Of a DNA stretch of 64,000 bases, positions 40,769-49,696 are shown piece by piece (the stretch's first letter is position 1; every line of letters begins with the position of its first letter). Below the pieces are notes generated by a model. It ran no database searches. It was not told the DNA's origin and was given only the letters and a program-made list of their open reading frames with translations. The translations under genes were made by a program, and so were the position numbers. Origin of the DNA: Planctomycetota bacterium (GTDB lineage Bacteria > Planctomycetota > PLA2 > JAEUHO01); contig CBDCTJ010000007.1 of assembly GCA_965222115.1 (NCBI GenBank), positions 1,664,001 through 1,728,000 of the forward strand, given 5' to 3'.

Positions 40769-43700
40769 TCATCTGCCCCCGACTACAAGCGTTTTCTTGA
40801 TCTTGGCAAGCTGCTGTTTCATTTTGGAGCCGCGCTTGGACGACTCGAAGTCGCTTAGATAGTCGACCGCTGTTCTTGATGCTTTATCTTTGGTACTCGG
40901 ATCGAATCCGTTCTCGATTGCGAACGTCACCACCTCAAGATTCCCTCGTTCGCAGGCTAGATGCAGGAGATTCGCGCCTCCTTTGTTTGTCGCGCGCAAG
41001 TTTGCTCCGCGTCTTAGTAGTGCGGAGATGCACTTGACGCTGTTCGCCTGTAGAAGCGGTGTTTCTCCGAATCTGTCATGAGCATGGACCTTTGCCCCTC
41101 CATCAATTAGCTTGTCGCAGCAGAGGTCCTGGCGATTGAATGCTGCGATATGGAGTGGAGTCTGACCATTGACGTCTGCAGCGTTGGGATCTGCGCCGAG
41201 AGCGAGCAGGTGTGACACGGCCAAGTCCCCCGACCCGTGCTTGTAGGTAAAGGTCATACAGGGCATGAATACTGGAGTGCGACCGAGTGAGTTCGCTAGA
41301 TTGGGGTCGATGCCCCATCTCACGATTTCTCGATATACCTCCAAGTCGGTTGAGTTTTTCGCTGCCCAATGGAGCAAGCTATGATGAGGAAGCGAGGGCC
41401 TCCCCTCGCGGTATATCTGGCGATCTTCGTCTCCTCGTCTAAAGATTGCACGCGCAGCACGAAATCTCTTGGCCAGGATTTCGCCAGTGAGCAGTGCTGC
41501 GTACTCTCGTTGATTGAAGTCCAGTGGATGTCCGCAAGCGAGAAGCTGCTGTAGCACCTTGTTGTCGCCGTGTTCGATGGAGGTCCGTATGATTTCGGTG
41601 GGAATTTCCCCCGAGCCTCCGTCTCGATAGCACCCATTGGGGCCTATCATCAACTCTAACCAGTCAGCACGCAACGTTGCGTTCGGAGTCACCCAGGTGC
41701 TGTGAAGCAATGCCGATCGGATGGGCTCCCAGCTGCGCCTCTTTCCGTTCGGCAGGGATGCACCATGATTCATGAGTGATCTTGCGATACCTGTGTGTCC
41801 GAACAAAAGGGCATCACAAAGCGCGCTCGATTCGTACTGTACGTCGATCAGCTCTTCAACCCGATAACTACCTCCCGGAACAGCGATAAGACGATCGATA
41901 CTGCGAGAAACTTGCTTACCAGAAGTGGCGTTAGGATCCGCGCCGGCTGTGAGCAACTCATCGATAGCCCAAGCGGAGCCTCTAACGCTCGCCACCATGA
42001 GCGCGGTGTCTCCCTCGTTGTCGAAGGCTTCCATGTTGCACTTTTGCGCCAGCAGAAACTTCAATGCCGCGCGACCAATCTCCGCATCTTGGATTAGTGC
42101 AGCCTGTGCAAGTGCGTTCGATCCTGGCGCGGTGCTCCAATGGCGGACTTTGCTGCCTATGGCGTGGCCCGGCAAGCCTCTTCTAGGTGACATGGCCAAG
42201 GGCTTTGAACCAAAGAAGGGTGTGTTTGGGTTCGCGCCGAACTTGATTAGCATGCGAAGACTGTCCAGCACTTCTGCGTCGGGTTGTAACTGATCGAATC
42301 TACGGAGGAAGATGCCGAGTACGGTTGCGCCGCTGGACGTGCGCGCGTTGGTGTCTGCTCCGTGTTTCGCTAGAAGGTGTAGGACTCTGTTTCGCACTAT
42401 GCCGTTACGGATCATTGCGGCGGCGTGAAGTGGAGTGCAGTCCTTTTCTCCTGCCATCGTAAGAAAGTCGAACGACTTTGTCTCTGAGGAGCTTCCTTCC
42501 TGAACTAGCCTCTCAACGGTGGACACAAGACCTAGTCGACACGCCCGATATAGCGGCGTCTGAAGCTTGTAGCAACAGACTTCGCGATATTGGTTTCTGC
42601 CGAACCGCTCCTGCTTGGAAACCAGCATGTTGAAGTGAGACTGCTTACCTGCTCCTGCGTCAAGTATCGTTGCCCACTCATCAGTAGTGCGGGCACAGTA
42701 TATGGCTAGGTCCCAGAGGGTGGGGCCCTTCTCCGGGAGTCCAAGCACGCGAGGATCTGCACTATGATCGAATGAGCGACGAAGCAGCCAGGTCGCCGGC
42801 GGCAAGGTCTCATCAGTCATGCGTGCACCCATTGCCAGGAGTTCTCGCGCGTAGCTCCAATCTCCTTTCAAGAAGGCGTAAGCGATCGCAGGAATTCCCT
42901 GGCCCGAGCGGGCAACAGGATTCAATCTGTGCTGCTCGATTAGCGAGCGTAGTGAAGCTCCCGTCGCATGCGCATATCCAACTGCATTCTCTGTTGAGAG
43001 GTCGTCTGTGTCATCGCTCTTGTCTCGTTTGAGAAGTACGCTCACGACATCGGAGTATCCACGAAGGCGAGCAAAGTCCAGCGGTGTTTCGCCGTGGGCC
43101 ACGGCGCGCCATAGCTCGAAATCAGGATCTGTCTTTCGGCGTCCTGGCACCCTAAGTATAGCCTGAGGGCTTGCGCTCAGCATGGATACTTTACCCTTGC
43201 CGCTTGCGAGCGGGTCAGCCCCTAGCGAAATTAGTTGCTTTGTCTGTTCTACGTCGCCTCTAAGACAAGAAAGGTGCAACGCTGTGAAGCCACCAACTGT
43301 TTGCAGATCGATGTCGCAATGCTTAGAGAGTATGTCAATCGCCCGACGATTGTTTGTAAGCACGGCGTGATGAAGGGGCGACAAGGTCTGAATACCACTT
43401 GAGATAAGCAATATCCGGCGTTCTGCGTTTAGCGACAGTTGGCGCTTGACTCTTGAATCTAGGATGGTCGCGTATTCCGCTACCAATGCCGATTCAGTTA
43501 CGCGATGAGTTGGATCCGCGCCCGCATCAAGCAAGATTTTGATTGTCACATTATTCTTCGCACGCACCGCGCGCGTGAGCGGCGTCATTCCTTGCCAGTC
43601 AATCGGATCCAGCGATGACGGCTTCGCTCTAATCATCGCTCGAAGAAGTCGAGCGTCCTTTGACTCGGCGCAAATGTGTAGTGGGGTACCCGTGTTGTGT

Positions 43701-45727
43701 CCACGGCCATCGTGAAATGCAGGGGCAAGTACGTGTGCCCCCTTTTCAATTAAGTATTTCCCAATTCCCACTGACTGATCTCCTCCGTAGGCCGCATAGT
43801 GCAAGGGTTGCCAGCCGACGCTTCCCTCACGCGAATGAAGTAGCGACTTGTCTTGTCGTAGTAGTTCGGTTGCCACTTGGGTCGAGTTGTTCTGTGCCGC
43901 TACGTGCATTGCGGTCGTACCCCGCTTGTCGTCAACGATTAGTGGCGCGCCTCTCGCTATTGCCCATTTCGCGACCTCTACTTGATCGCCGATCGCGGCG
44001 CCTTGCATGACTGCCTGAAGTGCCTCGCGCGTCGGATCCGTTGGGCTCACCAGTGGCGCTCGCTCGATCATTGCTACACGGCCCAATGACGCTGCGATCG
44101 AGATCGAGTCTTCGTAGGAGTCTGCGCCGTTGTGCCAACGCCGTGGTGAAGTCATCAGACACTTGGCTGCGGACAGTGAGTCGAATACAACGCTCATGGT
44201 GAGTACGGAATGCGACTCGCCTCGAATAGTCGCACTCGAAGACATAGGGTGAGACTTGAGTGCGTCCAGTACCTTCGACAACTTTCTTGTGGCGGCGATA
44301 TGGGGGGGCGCAACTTTCGCGGTACCTTTCGTCACTAGCGCAGAAGTTGGGACTCGCATTGACGCCAAAGCAAATGGGTCTGTGACTCGGTACATCAATA
44401 GAGATACGATTTCTACAGAGGAGGCTGCAGCTGCCAGATGGGCTGAATTTGGCGAGTAGATAATTAGCTTGTCAACGGATACGATACCTTTAGCTCGTGT
44501 ATTGGGGTCGGCGCTATGTCTCAGCAGCAACTTCACGCATGAGGCTGAGTCTACAAGCACCGCGATGTGTAGTGGAGTGAGACCTTGGTCAGTGACCTCG
44601 TGACACTTCGAGTCATTCTCCAGTAGTTCGCGTAGCTTGTTCACGTCACTTGCTGCGCACGCACGATGGGTAGGATTTGATAGTCGATGAAGCTGCGTTC
44701 GTACATCACGCGCGGGATCGATCGGTATAGGCGCCTGTGTTTTCGCCTCACGGTGGATTTCCGGTCTCTCTTGAGCGTCGATCTTACCGATTGATTGGCG
44801 CCGATTGTGAAACAAGGCGATGGCAGTGATTGCTGCAACTCCGAGCAATGCTGCGCTTGCCATCTTCCAGCGTACAGTTGGCGATTTTCTTTGCGACCCC
44901 TTTACATCTGCGTTTGGCCTAGTTGGGTAGAGAGATCGACCGAATTCTAGACATGACCCAAAGCGCCCACTTGGTTCGACCGACAACGCCTTGCCTATCG
45001 CGCGGGATACGGTTCTAGAAACGTTGGTATTGAACTCATGCAGGGCTTGAGGGGGCCTCGTCGACTTGGAGGCCATAATCTCGATGTAGCTGCGGCCTTT
45101 GTACGGTTTCTCACCGCCTAGCGCCTCGTAGACAGTCATTGCGAGGCCATACTGGTCTGTTGCACCCGAGAAGCTCTTGGCACTTCCCGCTTGTTCTGGC
45201 GCCATGTAGATGGGACTGCCGGCGTTTCCAATGTTCCCGCTGTCGGTAGTCTTACGGAGCGCCAAGCCAAAGTCGGCGAGTACAGGCGAACCATGTTCAT
45301 CAAACAGGATGTTGGCGGGCTTTACATCGCGATGCACGATTCCGCGTTCATGGAGATAATCCAATGCACGTGCGACGGGTTCAAGCCAGACGCGCGTTTG
45401 CGCAAGACTTTGAGTCTTTTGTGCTTTGAGGCGATCTTCAAGACTGCCTCCCGGCAAGTATTCCAAGATGTAATATGGAATATCTTCATGCAGCCCTCGA
45501 CCGAGGATGCGAACGATATTTGGATGGCGAATGCGGCGTAGCTCGTCAATCTCACGCACCAGTCGATACGCATTGGCTTTCGATCGGCCGGCGCGCACAC
45601 GTGCCAGCTTGGCGACGACGAGTCGGCCCGTACTGATCTCTTCGGCGAGCCATGCCGCACCCATGCCGCCTTGGCCTAGAAGTGTTTGTAGCTCATACCG
45701 CTCGTTAAGTATCGATCCTGTCTCCAT
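40769..45727 (-). CDS. Ser/Thr kinase - TM - long ankyrin-repeat protein (1652 aa)
   Basis: GQGGMG, VVAK, HRDVKPAN, DFG, APE, then TM AALLGVAAITAIALF. Numerous ankyrin units follow (GLTPLHIAV, GMTPLTRAV, GFTALHLSC, GQTPLHIAA). Confidence 0.9.
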   Translation of the reverse strand: METGSILNERYELQTLLGQGGMGAAWLAEEISTGRLVVAKLARVRAGRSKANAYRLVREIDELRRIRHPNIVRILGRGLHEDIPYYILEYLPGGSLEDRLKAQKTQSLAQTRVWLEPVARALDYLHERGIVHRDVKPANILFDEHGSPVLADFGLALRKTTDSGNIGNAGSPIYMAPEQAGSAKSFSGATDQYGLAMTVYEALGGEKPYKGRSYIEIMASKSTRPPQALHEFNTNVSRTVSRAIGKALSVEPSGRFGSCLEFGRSLYPTRPNADVKGSQRKSPTVRWKMASAALLGVAAITAIALFHNRRQSIGKIDAQERPEIHREAKTQAPIPIDPARDVRTQLHRLSNPTHRACAASDVNKLRELLENDSKCHEVTDQGLTPLHIAVLVDSASCVKLLLRHSADPNTRAKGIVSVDKLIIYSPNSAHLAAAASSVEIVSLLMYRVTDPFALASMRVPTSALVTKGTAKVAPPHIAATRKLSKVLDALKSHPMSSSATIRGESHSVLTMSVVFDSLSAAKCLMTSPRRWHNGADSYEDSISIAASLGRVAMIERAPLVSPTDPTREALQAVMQGAAIGDQVEVAKWAIARGAPLIVDDKRGTTAMHVAAQNNSTQVATELLRQDKSLLHSREGSVGWQPLHYAAYGGDQSVGIGKYLIEKGAHVLAPAFHDGRGHNTGTPLHICAESKDARLLRAMIRAKPSSLDPIDWQGMTPLTRAVRAKNNVTIKILLDAGADPTHRVTESALVAEYATILDSRVKRQLSLNAERRILLISSGIQTLSPLHHAVLTNNRRAIDILSKHCDIDLQTVGGFTALHLSCLRGDVEQTKQLISLGADPLASGKGKVSMLSASPQAILRVPGRRKTDPDFELWRAVAHGETPLDFARLRGYSDVVSVLLKRDKSDDTDDLSTENAVGYAHATGASLRSLIEQHRLNPVARSGQGIPAIAYAFLKGDWSYARELLAMGARMTDETLPPATWLLRRSFDHSADPRVLGLPEKGPTLWDLAIYCARTTDEWATILDAGAGKQSHFNMLVSKQERFGRNQYREVCCYKLQTPLYRACRLGLVSTVERLVQEGSSSETKSFDFLTMAGEKDCTPLHAAAMIRNGIVRNRVLHLLAKHGADTNARTSSGATVLGIFLRRFDQLQPDAEVLDSLRMLIKFGANPNTPFFGSKPLAMSPRRGLPGHAIGSKVRHWSTAPGSNALAQAALIQDAEIGRAALKFLLAQKCNMEAFDNEGDTALMVASVRGSAWAIDELLTAGADPNATSGKQVSRSIDRLIAVPGGSYRVEELIDVQYESSALCDALLFGHTGIARSLMNHGASLPNGKRRSWEPIRSALLHSTWVTPNATLRADWLELMIGPNGCYRDGGSGEIPTEIIRTSIEHGDNKVLQQLLACGHPLDFNQREYAALLTGEILAKRFRAARAIFRRGDEDRQIYREGRPSLPHHSLLHWAAKNSTDLEVYREIVRWGIDPNLANSLGRTPVFMPCMTFTYKHGSGDLAVSHLLALGADPNAADVNGQTPLHIAAFNRQDLCCDKLIDGGAKVHAHDRFGETPLLQANSVKCISALLRRGANLRATNKGGANLLHLACERGNLEVVTFAIENGFDPSTKDKASRTAVDYLSDFESSKRGSKMKQQLAKIKKTLVVGGR

Positions 45728-45820
45728 CGAAGCATGCTACTGAGGCCCACAGAATCGCCAACATCTGGACACAGTCGCGTATGCCACACCGTGCTTTCCA
45801 GTGAGTCCTCGGTTGCCTTA

Positions 45821-47002
45821 CTAGCGACGTGTGGAGGTGTTTTCGATGAGCGAGTACATCGCCATTGCAGTTGGTGGGCGGCGCGATGGATCTGGGTCTA
45901 ACGACTGATCGATTGCATTTGCGAGTGCTTCAGGAACGTCGGCGTTTCTCATCTGAACTGGCACGTAGACCGCTCGCATGAGGTCGCTCCAGTTCGTTTC
46001 GCCATCGCCCTCGTAATGCCATGATGCTGTGGCGGCGTAATACAGCGTTGCACCTGCGCCGAAGATGTCCGTCGCCACGGAGACTTTGCGTGCATCCCGC
46101 AGTTGTTCCGGCGGCATGAACTTGGGGGTGCCCTTGATGGAGTCACTGGTTGTGAGACACGGTTGACCTGCGTCGCGAAGACTTTTTGCCAAACCAAAGT
46201 CGGCCAATTTAACACGGTATCTGCCATCAGACTTCTCAACGAGAACGTTCTTTGGCTTGATGTCCCTATGAATGACCCCCTGATTATGTGCATAGCCAAT
46301 GGCATGAAGCAGATCGCGAGCAATTGAAGTGACCTCACTGGACTTCATCGGGCCGTGTTGATTCACGTGCGCCTGCAGGTCGAGGCCCTGAATCCACTCA
46401 AATGCAATCCAAAGCTCCTCGCCGCGATCGGACGCACCAAGTGTGCGAACAATGTGTGGATGACGGAGGGACGCTGCGATTTCGATCTCGCGCATGAAAT
46501 GAGCCACCGCCTTGCTGCTTTCATTGGAGGAAAGTGGCAAGATTTTCACTGCAGCGATCTTCCCCGTATCTCGCTGTAGTGCGAGATGCACTTCACCACC
46601 AGTACCGCTTGAGATGCATCGGAGACACTCGTAGTCTCGTAACGAAGCACCGATCGACTCAAGGACCCTTTCGCCGAACTCCTCCTCATCTCGCGAATTG
46701 GCGATAATGGCTTCCATTGACGTGTGTCCGATATGGAGCGTGTCCCCTGTGCAAAGGTCCGCCCTGGCAACCCGCTTCCCGTTTACGTGTACGCCGTTGC
46801 TGCTTCCTAGGTCGCGCACTGAAACTTTGTTCGCACCCATCTCAACGAGGGCGTGAAGCCTGGACATGTACGGATCGGTCGGCACCTGCGAAGATTGGTC
46901 TGCTTCTCCGCCGCGACCGATGACGAAGCTCTGATATCCCTCGTACACAAAATCACGGCCAACGTCGGGCCCCTTCAGAACTCGAAACTTCACTTGCAGC
47001 AC
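45821..47002 (-). CDS. FHA-domain Ser/Thr kinase
   Basis: Canonical FHA (IGRG...MSRLH...GSSNGVHVNG), then AAVK, HRDIKPKN, DFG and PPE. Confidence 0.9.
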   Translation of the reverse strand: MLQVKFRVLKGPDVGRDFVYEGYQSFVIGRGGEADQSSQVPTDPYMSRLHALVEMGANKVSVRDLGSSNGVHVNGKRVARADLCTGDTLHIGHTSMEAIIANSRDEEEFGERVLESIGASLRDYECLRCISSGTGGEVHLALQRDTGKIAAVKILPLSSNESSKAVAHFMREIEIAASLRHPHIVRTLGASDRGEELWIAFEWIQGLDLQAHVNQHGPMKSSEVTSIARDLLHAIGYAHNQGVIHRDIKPKNVLVEKSDGRYRVKLADFGLAKSLRDAGQPCLTTSDSIKGTPKFMPPEQLRDARKVSVATDIFGAGATLYYAATASWHYEGDGETNWSDLMRAVYVPVQMRNADVPEALANAIDQSLDPDPSRRPPTAMAMYSLIENTSTRR

Positions 47003-47147
47003 AAGATACTCCGCTTTGACCGGAAAACTTCCTACGCGGCATTGCGACTCAGAGCCGCTTCAGCGCTCTACGTCATCGGCCCGTCGAGCATAGTCTAGTC
47101 AGATCCGCAAGTTTGAATCCCTCAAGTCATCGGGTCCAGCGGCGTGG

Positions 47148-47801
47148 CTACTTCTTCTCTTTCTCATCCTTCGCATCGAGATGCTTCTTGGATTCGACGA
47201 CTTCGTCGAGGAGGCCGTAGTCTTTGGCCTCGGTGGCGGACATGTACTTGTCGCGGTCGGTGTCGTGTTCGATGTCCTTCATAGGCTTGCCGGTGTGGCG
47301 AGCAAGGATTTCGTTGAGGATGCGACGGGCGTAGAGAATTTCTTCGGCCTGGATTTCGATGTCGGCCGCGGTGCCTTGGGCGCCGCCCCAGGGTTGGTGA
47401 ATCATCACGCGTGCGTTGGGCAGGGCGAAGCGCTTGCCGGGTGTGCCAGCCGCAAGCAGGATGGCCGCCATGCTGGCCGCGCTACCGATGCACACGGTTT
47501 CCACGGGGCACGAGATGTACTGCAGCGTGTCGTAGACGGCGAGTCCCGCGGTGATGCTGCCGCCAGGGCTGTTGATGTAGAGATGGACGTCGCGATTTCG
47601 ATCGCTCTTCTCAAGCACGAGCAACTGGCCAATCAAAAGGTTCGCGACCGTGTCGTTGATGGGCGTGCCGAGATAGACAATGCGGTCTTCTAGCAGGCGG
47701 CTCCACACATCGTAATGGCGTTCGCCACGCCCGGTACGCTCGATAATGGTGGGGTTGGGAATGTAGCCCTGAAAATTCTGCGGGGTCTTAACGTCGCTCA
47801 T
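47148..47801 (-). CDS. clpP: ATP-dependent Clp protease proteolytic subunit
   Basis: [25 protein letters not shown] (catalytic Ser), MIHQP, DTDRD. Confidence 0.97.
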   Translation of the reverse strand: MSDVKTPQNFQGYIPNPTIIERTGRGERHYDVWSRLLEDRIVYLGTPINDTVANLLIGQLLVLEKSDRNRDVHLYINSPGGSITAGLAVYDTLQYISCPVETVCIGSAASMAAILLAAGTPGKRFALPNARVMIHQPWGGAQGTAADIEIQAEEILYARRILNEILARHTGKPMKDIEHDTDRDKYMSATEAKDYGLLDEVVESKKHLDAKDEKEKK

Positions 47802-47828
47802 GGAATGGGGGGTCCTCAGTAGGGGGGC

Positions 47829-49292
47829 CTACTTCTTCTTGGATGCTTTCTTCTTTGCCGCCTTCTTCTTGGCGGTCTTCTTTTTGGACGCCTTCTTCTT
47901 CGAAGCTTTCTTCGACGAGTCTTTCTTCTTCTGGGCAGCGCCCCCCTTAGCGTCGTCGGAGGGGGAGGCCTCTTCAAGGAGGCTCTCATCTTCGACCACG
48001 GCAGCCTTGCTGCGGATGAACTCGGCTACCTTGCGCTCCCGAATCTGCATCTTGATCTCGTGAATGCGCTCACCGCTTTGAAGCGACTGGATCACCTGCT
48101 CGACGGGGACGCCGTACGCCTTGGCCATGTCGACCGCGGCGCCGTGTACGTCGGCCTGCGTCGCTTCGATGGATTCGGCATCGGCAATACGTTCCAGCAG
48201 AAAGAAACGCTTGTAGTCGAGTTCGATGGCACTCTTTGCGTCGCCTCGTTCCGCGTCGATCGTCTTTTCAATCTCGTCTTCCGGTTTCTCATCGAGTTGC
48301 ATACGCATACGCTTGCGTGAGGCCCAGCCTTCGAGTTCGTTGGAGACAAAATCCTCGGGCAACGACATCTCGATGCCCTCGACGAGTTCCTCCACAAGCT
48401 TGTCGGCGGCATAGCGGTCCCGCCCGCGTTCGCTGCTGCGTCGAATCTGCTTCTTCATGTCGCTGCGAAGTTCGTCTTCGTCGTCGTAGTCGAGCTCCTT
48501 GAGGAAGGCCTCGTCGATTTCGGGTAAGACGAAGCGTTTGATCTTCTTGAGCTTGACCTCAAGCGTCATCTCAATCCCGCGCAACTCCTCACGCTTGTCG
48601 TCGGCCGGAACCTCGACCGTGTCGGTTGCGACGGTGCCAACCGGTTTCCCTTCGAGTTGATCGTCCAGCGCTTCGACGACGTAGCCCGCAAGCACACCGC
48701 GTCCCAGCGAGTAAAAGACGCCGTCGTCGCGATCTAAGACGCTTTCGCCCTCCATGGCCTTGTAGTCAATGACCAGTACGTCCTTCTCCTGCGCCGTGGC
48801 CTTCTCGTCTTGGACGTCTTCGAGCTTGGCCAGGCGTTCGCGAAGGCCCGAAATGGCGTCGTCAACGTCGTCGTCCGTAACCTTGATGGGCGGAACGCGA
48901 ACTTCGAGCCCCTCGTATTTCGGCGTTTCAAATTCGGGCTTGGTGACAACTTCAAACTCGAATGAAAATGGCTTGTTTCGCTCTAAGGGAAACGAATCGA
49001 CATCAAGGTTGGGAGCACGCAGCGGCTCGATCTTTTTGGATTCGACAAGCTCTTCGAAAATCTCTTGAATCAACTCGGCGCGGACTTCTTCGCCTAGCTT
49101 CTTGCCAAAGCGTTTTTCGATGATTTGGCGTGGCGCGTGTCCGGGCCGAAATCCCGGCAAAGCGATGTTGTCGTTGATCTCGCCGAATTTCTTGTTGAAG
49201 GCCTCTTCGATGCGCTCTTCGCTCAGCTTGATCGACACCTTCTTCACGCAGGGCGCCTTGGTCTCTACCTGAACGTCCATGGGAGTCTCCAT
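47829..49292 (-). CDS. tig: trigger factor with Lys-rich C-terminal tail
   Basis: Ribosome-binding LPGFRPGHAP, an FKBP-like middle domain, and position upstream of clpP. Confidence 0.92.
   Translation of the reverse strand: METPMDVQVETKAPCVKKVSIKLSEERIEEAFNKKFGEINDNIALPGFRPGHAPRQIIEKRFGKKLGEEVRAELIQEIFEELVESKKIEPLRAPNLDVDSFPLERNKPFSFEFEVVTKPEFETPKYEGLEVRVPPIKVTDDDVDDAISGLRERLAKLEDVQDEKATAQEKDVLVIDYKAMEGESVLDRDDGVFYSLGRGVLAGYVVEALDDQLEGKPVGTVATDTVEVPADDKREELRGIEMTLEVKLKKIKRFVLPEIDEAFLKELDYDDEDELRSDMKKQIRRSSERGRDRYAADKLVEELVEGIEMSLPEDFVSNELEGWASRKRMRMQLDEKPEDEIEKTIDAERGDAKSAIELDYKRFFLLERIADAESIEATQADVHGAAVDMAKAYGVPVEQVIQSLQSGERIHEIKMQIRERKVAEFIRSKAAVVEDESLLEEASPSDDAKGGAAQKKKDSSKKASKKKASKKKTAKKKAAKKKASKKK
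47832..47931 (-). repeat. low-complexity coding repeat (KKKAS/KKKAA) at the tig 3' end
   Basis: Repeated ttcttctt units encode KKKDSSKKASKKKASKKKTAKKKAAKKKASKKK. Confidence 0.8.
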
Positions 49293-49696
49293 CCGCCGCG
49301 CAGGACCGTCCGCCCGGGTGCGGCGGCCAGAAGGTAGCCGCTCATTGGGAGGGGAACGAAGGAAGGCCCGGCGTCAACGGGCCTCACAGCCCCATAAATC
49401 TGCCTTTCCCCTGGTTCCCGTGACTTTCCTGGTGGTTCCGCTCGGTGATGGATCTAGAATCAGGGGGACCGCTGTGCGCTACCAGCGCAGCCGCTCGTCT
49501 CTCTATTGGCTTTGGTCTGGCCTACGTCTCGACCTGTCCCCATTGGCGGACGCGTTCAGCGACGAAGCAAAGATCGCCCCTCACTCCGGGCGGCCCCACT
49601 CGTGGCGTCGCCCAAGTTCTGGCGGTAGCGCAATGGGAATGGCAAGGACCCCTTCAAGGTTCTTGGGCAAGGTTTTTGGGGGCAAGGCGAAGGCAC

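Noticed and set aside
49293-49696. tRNA or known riboswitch between tig and rho
   Set aside because: No cloverleaf, TpsiC arm or recognisable riboswitch consensus was seen.
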